A stretch of DNA of 64,000 nt from positions 736,001 through 800,000 of the forward strand of contig CAXXNF010000002.1 in assembly GCA_963666365.2 (NCBI GenBank). The letters run 5' to 3'. The position numbers and the translations under genes were made by a program. Within the stretch, counting starts at the first letter, position 1. Each line of letters begins with the position of its first letter. This stretch comes from Syntrophales bacterium (lineage in GTDB: Bacteria > Desulfobacterota > Syntrophia > Syntrophales > UBA2210). A model generated the notes under the pieces. It worked only from the letters and a program-made list of their open reading frames with translations. It was not told the origin of the DNA and ran no database searches. Below, one piece after another: positions 31,717 through 42,730 of this stretch.

Positions 31717-31850
31717 CTGTGGAAGGAAACATATGTTTTTGGAAGAAAACGACTTGGAATAGAATTCAGAATCCATGGCATCGAAGTGAATTAAAGCTGA
31801 ATGAAGTATTGTTTCATAGAACCCATTGAGTAAGTGAAGGAGGAATAATA

Positions 31851-32435
31851 ATGAAAGTCGTCGGTTTTGTGGGAAGTCCGAGAAAGAAAGGAAATACAAC
31901 CAGCATCGTGAATGAGGTTTTACGTGGTGCGGCCGAGGCCGGTGCGGAGACGAAAATATTCAATATTAACGAGCTGGGCATCCGGGGATGCCAGGCCTGT
32001 TACAAATGCCAGACGCCGGAAGGGAAATGTGTGCAGACCGATGGCATGGCGTCGCTTTATGACGAAATCTTCAGCGCCGATGCTGTTGTTTTCGGGACGC
32101 CGGTTTTCATGTTCCAGATAACCGGTCAGATGAAGACGTTTATCGATCGGCTTTTCGCCTTGTTGTATCTGAAGGACGGCCAACCGGGCGCGTTCAGAAA
32201 CAAAATACGTGGGAAAAAGGCCATAACCGTGTATTCCCAGGGTCAACCTGAAACCGCCGCCTTTGCATCGTCCTTCGATTTGAACGAAGGTGTCCTTGGT
32301 TTCCTGGGCTTCAAGGTCGAGGGGCGCATTGTTGCCGGAGGGATGTCCAGTCTGAATTCGGCCAAAGGCAACCAATCTGTTATGGAAAAGGCCTATGCCA
32401 AAGGGGTTGAATTGGCGAAGGAAAACACAATGTGA
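31851..32435 (+). CDS. Iron-sulfur flavoprotein / flavodoxin family
   Basis: GSPRKKGNT, CQACYKC...C, GTPVF, KTFIDR. Confidence 0.92.
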   Translation: MKVVGFVGSPRKKGNTTSIVNEVLRGAAEAGAETKIFNINELGIRGCQACYKCQTPEGKCVQTDGMASLYDEIFSADAVVFGTPVFMFQITGQMKTFIDRLFALLYLKDGQPGAFRNKIRGKKAITVYSQGQPETAAFASSFDLNEGVLGFLGFKVEGRIVAGGMSSLNSAKGNQSVMEKAYAKGVELAKENTM

Positions 32436-32469
32436 AGCAATCGCATGTATGATGGAGGAGAAGACAAAC

Positions 32470-33246
32470 ATGGAAAAGGTAACCTACGAGCAGAGCGGAG
32501 CGCTGGGCATCATCACGTTTGCAGATACACCTCTGAACCTGTTGGGCGATGAACTCGGACAGGGACTCTATAGTGCTATTGATCGGGCGAAGCAGGGCAA
32601 TCTCCGAGGATTGATCCTAAAAGTGGATGAGGGGCATTTTTCCGCCGGCGCTGATATCAACCGGTTTCTCGGCCTGACACCCGACAAGGCTCGGGACATA
32701 TTCCGTGATTTTCAGGCGGCGCTTCATGCCGTCGAGACGTTCCCTTTTCCGACAATGGCTGCCGTTCGTGGATTATGCCTTGGCGGCGGTCTGGAAATCG
32801 CCCTTGCCTTCGATCTCATCTGGGCGGCTGAAAACGCTTCCTTCGGCCAGGTCGAAGTCACCATCGGCGCCCTGCCTTTCGGTGGCGGCGGACAGCGGCT
32901 TGCCGCCAGAGCCGGGGCCGGCCGGGCCAAAGAGCTGGTCTTCAGCGGCCGCATCTTTCCGGCCGTGGATTTCGAAAGATGGAATATCATCAACAGGGTG
33001 CTTCCGGAAACGGAACTGAACGGAAAAGCAATTGCCTATATGCAGAAGCTGGCGAACGACGGCCCAACGGTTGCCCTCGGATGCTCGAAGCAGATTATCA
33101 ATGTTTACATGGAAAAGGGACTGGCCGAAGCTGATCGTGTAACTCTTGAATTGTCATCCGGCATGTTTGACACAGAGGATCTTACGCTTGGCGTGAAATC
33201 ATTCCTGAAAAACGGTCCCGGTAAGGCCAAATTTATCGGGAAATAA
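32470..33246 (+). CDS. Enoyl-CoA hydratase/isomerase
   Basis: FSAGADI, GGGLEIAL, GQVEVTIG; RBS GGAGG before ATG 32470. Confidence 0.92.
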   Translation: MEKVTYEQSGALGIITFADTPLNLLGDELGQGLYSAIDRAKQGNLRGLILKVDEGHFSAGADINRFLGLTPDKARDIFRDFQAALHAVETFPFPTMAAVRGLCLGGGLEIALAFDLIWAAENASFGQVEVTIGALPFGGGGQRLAARAGAGRAKELVFSGRIFPAVDFERWNIINRVLPETELNGKAIAYMQKLANDGPTVALGCSKQIINVYMEKGLAEADRVTLELSSGMFDTEDLTLGVKSFLKNGPGKAKFIGK

Positions 33247-33262
33247 GGAGAAACACCAAGCC

Positions 33263-34039
33263 ATGAACGAATCTCTTAAAGAAAAAATTAGAAGCTATGT
33301 ATTGGGTTTGGAGGTGGACGATGTTGGATTCGGGGCAGCATCCGATTACAAGAGCCCTCTGTCTCCCAAAATCGAGACAATCTTCCCCGGGACAAAGACG
33401 CTGATCGTCATGGCCTTCAAAGAATTGTCCAACTGTGAGAGCGACAATAAAAGCATCGCCATGGGAGGGAGGATCGATATCATGGAATTCATGAGATCAT
33501 GCAGCTATAAGCTCTCGCGCTATCTGGAACGGGAGTTCAAGGCCAAGGCGATATCCACGCCTCTTTCCTATCCCATGAGCATGACACCGGAAATGAAATT
33601 TGGTCTTATCGCGGATTTCTCACAGCGCCACGCCGCCATTGCGGCCGGTATGGGAAGTTGGGGAAGACATAATCTGGTAATTCATCGCAGTCTCGGTTCA
33701 CGGGTGCTGTTTACGACCGTTCTATGTGATCTGGAATTGCTGCCGGACCCGCCTTTTACCCAGGATCTTTGCATTCAGTGCAACATCTGTGTTGAAAATT
33801 GCCCCGGTGGGGCGCTGGATGAAGAGGGAAGAACGCATCAGGTGAAATGCATGAAATACTCGCAGCCTTTCGGATTGATGAAAAATATCGGATTTTGGAA
33901 CAAGTTCATCGATCATGACCCCAATGAACAGAAAAAAATGATGAGCAGTCCTGAATATATGGCATTGTACCAGGCGGCTTTCATCGGCTTCCAGTATCAC
34001 TGCTTTAACTGCTATATGTTGTGCCCGATAAACAAATAA
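33263..34039 (+). CDS. QueG-like (epoxyqueuosine reductase superfamily) 4Fe-4S protein
   Basis: SQRHAAIAAGMGSWGRHNL, GSRVLFTTV, CIQCNICVENCP, CFNCYMLCP. Confidence 0.82.
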   Translation: MNESLKEKIRSYVLGLEVDDVGFGAASDYKSPLSPKIETIFPGTKTLIVMAFKELSNCESDNKSIAMGGRIDIMEFMRSCSYKLSRYLEREFKAKAISTPLSYPMSMTPEMKFGLIADFSQRHAAIAAGMGSWGRHNLVIHRSLGSRVLFTTVLCDLELLPDPPFTQDLCIQCNICVENCPGGALDEEGRTHQVKCMKYSQPFGLMKNIGFWNKFIDHDPNEQKKMMSSPEYMALYQAAFIGFQYHCFNCYMLCPINK

Positions 34040-34157
34040 GGATGAACTGATGAAATCTGTCCTTCAACCAGATCTTTGGCCGTTCATCTTTGAGTAATTT
34101 TAAAAACTCTCAGGTGAAAAACAATGATTGGTCTTCATTTCAGTAAAGGAAATTATC

Positions 34158-36401
34158 ATGGAAGAATGGAAAAAAACCACCTGCTCGATTTGCGGCATCC
34201 GCTGCAGTCTTGAAGTCAAAGTTGAGAACAACCGTGTTGTCAAGGCCCGCCCTGACAAGGACAGCCCGGTCAGCGAAGGATACATCTGCCGAAAGGGCAT
34301 GAACCTTGCCTATCACCAGCACAATGCGGACCGGCTGCTGTACCCGTTAAAGAGGATGGGAAACAAATTTGAACGTATAACCTGGGATCAGGCCATCGGT
34401 GAAATCTCGGAAAAACTCAAAAAGATCCTTCAGGAGCACGGGCCGCGGTCCCTGGCCTCGATGGTCGGGGGCGGGGAATTCAACTTCTACCCGTGGCGTT
34501 TCCTGATCGGTTTCGTTGACGCCCTTGGGTCGCATTACCATTACTCGGCCGGCAACCAGGAGTTTGCCGGCCGGTATTGGGCACATGGGTTGACATTAGG
34601 AAGCCAGCTTCTGGAGCTGGTGCCCGATTATAAGCATACGGAAATGATGATGGTCGTCGGTTGGAATGGGATGATGAGCCATCAAATACCCCAGGCCCGA
34701 AGAGTATTGACCGGAATTTCCAAAGATCCTGACAAACTGCTTGTCGTGATCGACCCGAGGCGTTCGGAGACGGCGAAAATCGCTGACATTCACCTGGCCC
34801 TGCGACCGGGGACGGATGCCCTGCTGCTGAAATCGATGATTGCCATCATCCTTCGGGAGGGCATGTATAATCAGGAATACATCGACAGGCACGTCAGCGG
34901 GTTCCAGGAAATACTCCCCTGGTTTGACGGATTTGACGTGAGGGAGGCGCTGAAGGTCTGCGAACTGGACTATGACCAGGTGGTTCGTGTTTGTCGGGAA
35001 TTCGTTACACGCCAGTCCTGTCTGCGTGACGACCTGGGCATCCTGATGAACCGGCACAGCGCCTACGTATCCTATCTGCTCGTGGTGCTGCTGGCGATCT
35101 GCGGACGCATCGGCGTGCCGGGGGGGAACTACCTCGTGGGAGAGAAGATCTATTCGGATCCGGATGACCCCAAGACATGGAGGACAGCGGTGACCGATAT
35201 CCCGGCCATCGCGGGAACGTTCCCTCCCAATGTAATGCAGGAAGAGATCGACAGCGACCGTCCCGACAGGATCAGGTCCGTCTTTATCATGGGCGCTAAT
35301 CCATTGCGGTCTTATGCGGATACGACCGCCTATGAAGAGGCATTCGGGCGGCTTGATCTGCTGGTGGTCGCCGAGATCGTCATGAGCGAGACCGCCGCAC
35401 TTGCACACTACGTCCTGCCCTGCCGGTCAACCTATGAATCCTGGAGCCCGGCGGATGCGATTATCCCCTCCACAACCAACAAGGGGTTTCTGGACGTAAT
35501 CAGCCGGATGCGCCGGCCTGTTGTCGAAGTTGAAGGAGAACAGAAAGAAACGGGAGAAATCTTCACCCTCTTGGCCGATGCCATGGGGTTGCTGCCCGCA
35601 CTTCCCGACCCGCTCTACTCGGCTGCGGACAGCGGCGAGCCGAGAACATACCGCGATTCGCTGACGCAGTATTTCACCGAGCATCCCGAGAACATGAAGA
35701 TGGCGTCCTTCATCGTGGCCAAGACGCTGGGCAATGCAACTGGTTCCGCTCAGCTGGCTAATTATTTTGCCGGCCTGTTACAGCGTTCCCGGATGAAACA
35801 AGAAGAGGCGGCAAGGGTGGGCTTCGATGCCGGGCCGGATCAGGGGCTGGCCCTTTATCAGGCCATCATCGATCACCCGGAAGGTGTGCTGGTCGGAGTG
35901 CAGGATTTAGCGAAAAACCTTGGTCGAGTGGCCACAAAGGATGGCAGGATCAGGATTCATGCAATTGAGGTGGAAGACTGGATACAGGGAATCAAGCCTG
36001 ATGAAGAAGAAAAACGGCTAATACTCGATGCGAAATTCCCATTGCTCCTGATGGCCGGGCGCCATATGGACATGAATGCCAATACGGGTATGAGAGATCC
36101 TGCCTGGAACAAAGGCAGGCGGTCCTGCACTCTGGCGATGAATCCGGTGGACGCGGAGAACTACGGTTTTTCCGACGGGCAAACGGTGAAGGTTGTCACC
36201 GAGGCCGGCGAAGAAACCATCGAGGTGGAAGTGACCGAGGATGCCAGAAAAGGGCAGGTCATTATTCCGCACGGGTTTGGTCTGGTCTACGACGGGGTGA
36301 AATACGGCGCCAACATCAACCGATTGACAAAAAACACACACCGGGACTTTGTCGGAACCCCGATGCACCGTTATGTGCCTTGCCGGGTAGAGGCGCTTTA
36401 A
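34158..36401 (+). CDS. Molybdopterin (bis-MGD) oxidoreductase catalytic subunit
   Basis: CSICGIRC...C Fe-S motif, RLLYPLKR, IDPRRSETA, LRPGTD, ETAALAHYVLP, C-terminal dinucleotide-binding domain; no Tat signal. Confidence 0.92.
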   Translation: MEEWKKTTCSICGIRCSLEVKVENNRVVKARPDKDSPVSEGYICRKGMNLAYHQHNADRLLYPLKRMGNKFERITWDQAIGEISEKLKKILQEHGPRSLASMVGGGEFNFYPWRFLIGFVDALGSHYHYSAGNQEFAGRYWAHGLTLGSQLLELVPDYKHTEMMMVVGWNGMMSHQIPQARRVLTGISKDPDKLLVVIDPRRSETAKIADIHLALRPGTDALLLKSMIAIILREGMYNQEYIDRHVSGFQEILPWFDGFDVREALKVCELDYDQVVRVCREFVTRQSCLRDDLGILMNRHSAYVSYLLVVLLAICGRIGVPGGNYLVGEKIYSDPDDPKTWRTAVTDIPAIAGTFPPNVMQEEIDSDRPDRIRSVFIMGANPLRSYADTTAYEEAFGRLDLLVVAEIVMSETAALAHYVLPCRSTYESWSPADAIIPSTTNKGFLDVISRMRRPVVEVEGEQKETGEIFTLLADAMGLLPALPDPLYSAADSGEPRTYRDSLTQYFTEHPENMKMASFIVAKTLGNATGSAQLANYFAGLLQRSRMKQEEAARVGFDAGPDQGLALYQAIIDHPEGVLVGVQDLAKNLGRVATKDGRIRIHAIEVEDWIQGIKPDEEEKRLILDAKFPLLLMAGRHMDMNANTGMRDPAWNKGRRSCTLAMNPVDAENYGFSDGQTVKVVTEAGEETIEVEVTEDARKGQVIIPHGFGLVYDGVKYGANINRLTKNTHRDFVGTPMHRYVPCRVEAL

Positions 36402-36529
36402 AAGGAACACCCTACTGCCAACTGAGCGATACCTGTTAACTGACCTGAAAGGACCCATGGATTTAAGGTATCTTAACGACACATAATTTTCTTTTTAATA
36501 ACGGCAAATTGCCACGTCTACTTGAAAAT

Positions 36530-36562
36530 CAGGCGGATTCGTTACAAAAACGATTCCGCCTG
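36530..36562. terminator. Hairpin between convergent units
   Basis: caggcggattcgtt-acaaa-aacgattccgcctg. Confidence 0.55.
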
Positions 36563-36590
36563 CTCGCAGTATGTATTCAAGACCGTACTA

Positions 36591-36839
36591 TTAAAAATCG
36601 AATCGTTTTTCCAGCAGCCCGTCTCCAAAGCTGGGTTCCCTGTCGCGGTCTTCCGAATCGTCGAACTCTTTTTCTATCTCCACAAGAAATCGGGCAAGTC
36701 TTTTTCTAGTATAATAGTCATATTCGATCCCCAGAGCAATAGTCTCCATTATATAAGCTTTTTCGACCACCAGGTTTTTAATAGCTCCTGTGCATAGTGT
36801 GAATTGGTTGGCCCATTTGCTATGCAACCCAAAAGTCAA
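36591..36839 (-). CDS. Small hypothetical protein
   Basis: ORF overlapping the permease stop; start uncertain; no recognisable motif. Confidence 0.3.
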   Translation of the reverse strand: MTFGLHSKWANQFTLCTGAIKNLVVEKAYIMETIALGIEYDYYTRKRLARFLVEIEKEFDDSEDRDREPSFGDGLLEKRFDF

Positions 36840-38542
36840 TGATCGAAATGAAGTGCTATGGAACAGTGTCCGTCCTCGATGCGTGTTGAAATCTGATCTA
36901 CCTGCTGTCTGACCAGAAATCCTGACAATTTAATGAAGTTACGGTCATCTTCTATGAGATCCGATTGTAACGGACGGACCTCGGGAAAGGTCATGAGTTC
37001 TCCCCGATATGAAAGGACTATGTCGAGGTTGAACTCGTCGAAACTAACCCTTGCCTGAACCTTGCCGTCAACTCTACACAAAGACGATAGCGATTCCATA
37101 ACCTCATTAACCGCCGAGGTGGCACGATAGATAATTTCTTGACGCATCCCCCACACGGCCCCCTGAGACTGCATGAATTTGAAGATCTTATCGGTGAAAA
37201 TTTCTCCCGGGTCCAATTCCGTGGTTTCGCTTTTAGAAATTCCCATGCGAAAAAGAAAGTTCAGTACGACGGCCGATATTGTTCCGAGGGCCAAGGACGA
37301 AGTAAACATGGGCTTTATCACCGGGTGGATACCGGCATAAAGAGAGGGAAAAAGTTCGACACTGAGCCCAAAAATCATTGAAAAACCGATGATGAATGTC
37401 TTCCGGCTATCGATCATCCTGGATGCCATAATCTGTATGCCTGTCACAATCATAAAGCTTGCGACAAAGACCATGAGAGCGCCGATAACCGGCATGGGCA
37501 TAATGGCGAATATTGCCGCAAGTTTGGGGACAAACGCCATAAAAAGAAGGATGCCGGCAACAGTAAATCCGATACGTCGACTTGTTGCCCCGGTTGCTAT
37601 TGAGAGTCCGACACTTCCTGAGGCTGTTGATTGCCCCATTCCCCCCAGCAAGCCACCGGAGATCGCACTGAGGCCGTCAACAAGAATCCCTCCGCCTATG
37701 GATTCAAGATCAGGCCGCTTCCACTCCGCATCGTTGATCTTTTGACAGGTCGTGATGTCGCCGACACTTTTCAGGGTTGAACTCAGGGCTGCCACGAGAA
37801 AAGGAATCAGGAAGCGAGCATCAAATGACCAGCCCACATGCGTTATGTCCGGCAAGGCAATAAGGGGTTCGATTGAGAGCCGGGAAAACTGCGTGTTTGT
37901 CAAGATCCCGAAACAATAAGATAAAACATATCCTGCAACCATGGCGATGAGAACACAGAAAAGGCGTAGTTTGCCTTTGCCCCAGACGTTTAAGCTCACC
38001 ATAATCGCAAGCGTAGCCAAACCCGTTGTGCATTCGCCTGCGGTGGAAATCTGGTCTGCACCGCAGACCCCAAAAAGCTGGGAGACACTTGTCGGAACCA
38101 GGGAAACGCCTACCATTGTCACAACAACGCCTACAACTTCTGTCGGAAAAAGGCTCCGTAATCTATGCATCACACGGGATATAACGACCTCAAAAACACC
38201 CGCTATTAATGTCATACCGAAAACAAGCGAAACCTGACCTGTATTCGCAGCCATTAGAGAGGCGGACAAATACGACGGACCGGGATGTTCGGGACAGAGA
38301 TAACCGCAACCGAGGGAACCCCGCTTGAGAGTTTGAAGAAATGTTCCAATTGCAGCTGCGATCATGGAAAGGCTGATCATGCTTTTGGCCAAATCATGGG
38401 ACCCGCCAAGAGATCTCACAATGATCACCGGAAGCACAAAGGCGGCAGCCATGGTAAAGATATGCTGGAATCCCAAGACAATCGTCACTCCGAGAGAAGG
38501 ATTCTCGTTGACACCATACAAAAGATTAGCTGGTTTTTTCAT
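36836..38542 (-). CDS. NCS2 (xanthine/uracil permease family) transporter with soluble C-terminal domain
   Basis: LGFQH, FPTEVVG, PKLAAIF, PVIGA; ~135-aa hydrophilic tail. Confidence 0.9.
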   Translation of the reverse strand: MKKPANLLYGVNENPSLGVTIVLGFQHIFTMAAAFVLPVIIVRSLGGSHDLAKSMISLSMIAAAIGTFLQTLKRGSLGCGYLCPEHPGPSYLSASLMAANTGQVSLVFGMTLIAGVFEVVISRVMHRLRSLFPTEVVGVVVTMVGVSLVPTSVSQLFGVCGADQISTAGECTTGLATLAIMVSLNVWGKGKLRLFCVLIAMVAGYVLSYCFGILTNTQFSRLSIEPLIALPDITHVGWSFDARFLIPFLVAALSSTLKSVGDITTCQKINDAEWKRPDLESIGGGILVDGLSAISGGLLGGMGQSTASGSVGLSIATGATSRRIGFTVAGILLFMAFVPKLAAIFAIMPMPVIGALMVFVASFMIVTGIQIMASRMIDSRKTFIIGFSMIFGLSVELFPSLYAGIHPVIKPMFTSSLALGTISAVVLNFLFRMGISKSETTELDPGEIFTDKIFKFMQSQGAVWGMRQEIIYRATSAVNEVMESLSSLCRVDGKVQARVSFDEFNLDIVLSYRGELMTFPEVRPLQSDLIEDDRNFIKLSGFLVRQQVDQISTRIEDGHCSIALHFDH

Positions 38543-38638
38543 ATCGTTTCATTCTTCATTCAATCGCTCGTTTTCAAAGGAGGAGTCATGTTGTAACCGT
38601 CCGATCTTTTCCCTTATGGTATACTTTTTCCCTGCGCC

Positions 38639-38694
38639 GGCCAATGTGTTTATCAGCGGGAGCGTAGCGATCCGTTAAATATAATTTGTTATGA
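38639..38694 (-). mobile_element. Degenerate integron attC-like site
   Basis: TCATAAC (overlapping the upstream gene's TAA)...aacggatcgctacgctcccgctgat...ATTGGCC (GTT core altered). Confidence 0.55.
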
Positions 38695-39420
38695 TTTGAG
38701 TTCTTGCTCCTTTTTCGCTTTTTTGCGCCAAGTTTCTTGGCCATAAAGCTTCTCGGAACATTCCTCACAAAGACCATGACTGAATTCAACATCGGAATTT
38801 TCCGCAATATATAATTCAATCTGCTTCCAGTAACCCTTATCATCTCTGATTTTCTTGCATGATGCGCAGATTGGAATATGACTTCTCTCCTCCAATCTTT
38901 TGCATCAATATCCATACCAAGAATTGCAATTAAACCGTTTTTTTCTTGTAAATGAATTGGTACAAGACTGGTCATTAAGGTCCCCCAACGATCCGTTATG
39001 GGACCGACTGTTTTTTGCATTCCAGAATCGAATGCCTGTAAATACTCTTCCGATACTTCCTCATAGATTAGGCCTGGAGGAGCATAGCCGATTGAGTCTG
39101 CCGTTTGTGAATCCACATCGAAAAAGATGGTTCCGCCATTTCTGAGTCCCATTAGATAAAGAAAACGGCATTTACGATTAGCGAGGCGAATTTGAGTCAA
39201 CTGTTCTTTTATTCGGATGTAATCTTTTGATTTCAAATCCGCTGAATTACCTTGCAAGTTCAACAGCCGCTCTTTATTAATCGATCTTGCTATACATAGC
39301 TTGCTCCATCGCTTCTTCTGACAGTCTGTTTACTGTATGGTTCCATTAAAACCATGTCGAAATCACGCTCACTGTAAGCACCGCTATTACAAAGAAGGTA
39401 GTTATAATATGTTTCACCGG
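38689..39420 (-). pseudogene. Degraded membrane sensor protein (periplasmic sensor domain + IPICxxCKKIRDD..GYW domain)
   Basis: CRFLYLMG...YAPPGLIY...GPITDRWG...LGMDID in one frame and IPICASCKKIRDDKGYWKQIELY...FSHGLCEEC in another; N-terminal TM segment broken by stops. Confidence 0.7.
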
Positions 39421-39439
39421 AGTATCATCCTTATTTTTG

Positions 39440-39715
39440 AATTATGAAGACATGACATTTAATTCTTTTTTCCTCGGACCGAGTTCTGCCATTGTAGTAT
39501 GCGTCCTGTCAGTTTTTCCTTCTTTTTTACAAAATCTAAATCACCTCAGGACGTCCTGATCTTTTCGATCTCACAATACCTATATCATCATTTCCAGCAA
39601 TCCGCTCATCCAAATATGTTCGCCAATCCCTTACCAGACCACATAAATCCCTGCATTTCACTAGAACATCATGCTTGGTATCGCCAACGTGGCATGAAAA
39701 ACATCCATTGAAATG
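39440..39715 (-). mobile_element. Remnant of a REP-associated (Y1/RAYT-like) transposase C-terminus
   Basis: HV..D.LV..L..LVRDWRTYL...IVRSKRSGRP / GDLDFVKKKEKLTGRIL across a frameshift, followed by a REP-like aattaaatgtcatgtc. Confidence 0.5.
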
Positions 39716-39724
39716 CGGGTGTCG

Positions 39725-40309
<585 letters not shown>

Positions 40310-40345
40310 ACTCAATAATGCTGCAGTGGAATATCACCAACTTCT

Positions 40346-40921
40346 CTATCTGTCAAGTACCAGATAGCGTTTTATCGTTTTTAATCGCCCTTCTCCAAAA
40401 CCACGGATCGATTTTATTTCATCAATGTTCTTGAATCCGCCCCGCGCTGTCCTGTAGGCAATGAGCGCCTTGGCCGAGGTCTCGCCGATTCCGGGAATCA
40501 ACACCAGATCTTCGGCGGTGGCGGTGTTAATATCAATAGGCATTTCAAGCGCCAGTTTTTCAAGATTTTCTATCTGTCCTATGTGCACAGCGCCGGTGCG
40601 TCGATCCACCACTACCTTTTCACCATTTGCGAGGATTCTTCTTCTGTCGAAACCTGTCATGTTCAGAGCGTCTCCTGGCTCAACCATTTCCAGAAAATCA
40701 CCACATGTCCAGGTACCCGGAAGAAAGTACAGGCCGTCGTTTTTCCCCATGCCCGTTATCTTTACTGCAATGGAACCGGGCGTCTCAATTGAATAGGGAA
40801 CTATCAATGCTCTGTTGGCAGGTGGAAAAAACCGCACGATGCTTTTTGTCGAAACGATCAGCAACGCGACAACAAGGAGGATCACACTTCCCGCAAGTTG
40901 GCTTTTGGTAAGCTTCTCCAC
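40346..40921 (-). CDS. comEA: ComEA-like helix-hairpin-helix DNA-binding protein
   Basis: [18 protein letters not shown]...YR...IRGFG; N-terminal TM. Confidence 0.8.
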   Translation of the reverse strand: MEKLTKSQLAGSVILLVVALLIVSTKSIVRFFPPANRALIVPYSIETPGSIAVKITGMGKNDGLYFLPGTWTCGDFLEMVEPGDALNMTGFDRRRILANGEKVVVDRRTGAVHIGQIENLEKLALEMPIDINTATAEDLVLIPGIGETSAKALIAYRTARGGFKNIDEIKSIRGFGEGRLKTIKRYLVLDR

Positions 40922-41002
40922 TGACCCGGTCTCCCTGATTATAACAAATTCAACCCTTTACTCGCTGGGATGGAACTCCCCTTTTCTTAGCATGTCATTG
41001 CA

Positions 41003-42226
41003 TCAGTTCCCTATGTCAAGCCCAAAGGCGTCATGCAGAACCCGCACGGCCAGTTCCGTGTATTTCTCTTCGATGGCACAGGAAATTTTGATTTCCGACG
41101 TGCTGATCATCAGTATATTAATTCCTTCCTTGGCGAGCGTGTCAAACATCCGCGATGCGACGCCGGAGTGGCTCTTCATGCCCACGCCCACGATGGATAC
41201 CTTTGAAATATTCTGATCAAAATCGATCTTTTCGGCGCCTAGTTCTTTTTCCACGGCGCGCAGAATAGACTCCACCGCTTTGATGTCCTTTTTCGATACG
41301 GTAAAGGTCAAGTCGGTGTAGCCCTCGACACTGGCGTTTTGAATGATCATGTCGACCACTATATTTTTATCTGAAAGCGGCGTAAATAGCTTTGATGCAA
41401 CCCCCGGCCTGTCCGGTACGTGAATGACCGTCACCTTGGCCTGGTCCTTGTCGTATGTTACACCGGAAACAAATTCCTTCTCCATGTCTTTATCCTCCTT
41501 CGTCACAAGCGTTCCCTCGTCGTCATTGAAAGAAGAGCGCACATACAGGGGAACTTCATATATTTTTGCAAGTTCAACGGACCGCTGGTGAAGCACCTTG
41601 GCGCCGGCGCCGGCCAATCCCAGCATCTCATCATAGGATATTTTTTTGAGTTTCCGGGCTTTATTATACACATTGGGATCCGTGGTGTACACACCGTCCA
41701 CATCGGTGAAGATTTCGCAGTAGTCGGCCTTGAGCGCGGCGGCGATGGCCACGGCGCTCGTATCGGACCCTCCCCTGCCGAGAGTAGTGATGCTGTTTTT
41801 TTCGCTTACGCCCTGAAAACCGGCTACGACAACAATCCTTTTTTTGTCGAGCTCTTGTTTCAAAGTCGTGGATTCAATCTTGATAATCCGTGCGGATGCA
41901 TGATTGTTGTCCGTGATAATCCGGATCTGATGGCCTTGAAGCGAGATCGCATCATATCCCTTGCTGCTTAAGACGATTGCCAAGAGTGATGACGTAACCT
42001 GCTCGCCGGAAGATATGAGCGCATCGTACTCGCGCACGGGCGGCCCTCCTCCCGACGCCTCATTTGCCAGGCGTATCAGCTTGTCCGTTTCGCCCGCCAT
42101 GGCGGATACAACGACAACTACCTCATTCCCTTTGTCTGCGGTCCTGATCACACGCTCTGCGACATTGGTGATCTTTGCGATATCGGCGACGGATGTACCC
42201 CCGTATTTTTGTACTATCAATGCCAC
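41003..42226 (-). CDS. lysC: Aspartate kinase
   Basis: [20 protein letters not shown], two ACT domains. Confidence 0.97.
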   Translation of the reverse strand: MALIVQKYGGTSVADIAKITNVAERVIRTADKGNEVVVVVSAMAGETDKLIRLANEASGGGPPVREYDALISSGEQVTSSLLAIVLSSKGYDAISLQGHQIRIITDNNHASARIIKIESTTLKQELDKKRIVVVAGFQGVSEKNSITTLGRGGSDTSAVAIAAALKADYCEIFTDVDGVYTTDPNVYNKARKLKKISYDEMLGLAGAGAKVLHQRSVELAKIYEVPLYVRSSFNDDEGTLVTKEDKDMEKEFVSGVTYDKDQAKVTVIHVPDRPGVASKLFTPLSDKNIVVDMIIQNASVEGYTDLTFTVSKKDIKAVESILRAVEKELGAEKIDFDQNISKVSIVGVGMKSHSGVASRMFDTLAKEGINILMISTSEIKISCAIEEKYTELAVRVLHDAFGLDIGN

Positions 42227-42712
42227 TTATATATGACCTCCTTCTTCAAGTGCTCGTTTTAACCCGGCCGCAATCCCGAAATGACATGATATTTCAATCT
42301 TCCTTGTCTCATCGGAGATGCGGGTGAGATGAATGTGAAGGGCCTCCTCAGGAAGTATGCCGATAAGTTTCTCGGCCCATTCGATCACAACTACACCTCT
42401 TCCGTAAAAATACTCTTCATAGCCCATTTCTTCCAAATCACAGGCGCCGGCAAGACGATATACATCGAAATGATAGAGCGGCAGTCTTCCGGGGTATTCG
42501 TTTATCAGCGTAAATGTGGGACTGGTCACGTAGTACTCCTCAGGTACCGAAAGCCCTCTGGCAATACCCTGGGTCAGAGTGGTTTTCCCCGTCCCCAGAT
42601 CGCCCATAAGTGCAATAATATCACCAGGTAGCGACTGTTGCCCCAAGATCGTTCCGACGGCGTGTGTTTCTTCACTTGCTCCCGATACAATGCTGATGAC
42701 GCTTTTACCCAT
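42227..42712 (-). CDS. tsaE: tRNA t6A biosynthesis ATPase
   Basis: GDLGTGKTT, SPTFTL, HFDVYRL, IEWA. Confidence 0.96.
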   Translation of the reverse strand: MGKSVISIVSGASEETHAVGTILGQQSLPGDIIALMGDLGTGKTTLTQGIARGLSVPEEYYVTSPTFTLINEYPGRLPLYHFDVYRLAGACDLEEMGYEEYFYGRGVVVIEWAEKLIGILPEEALHIHLTRISDETRKIEISCHFGIAAGLKRALEEGGHI

Positions 42713-42730
42713 AAAATTGCTCTTATACTC

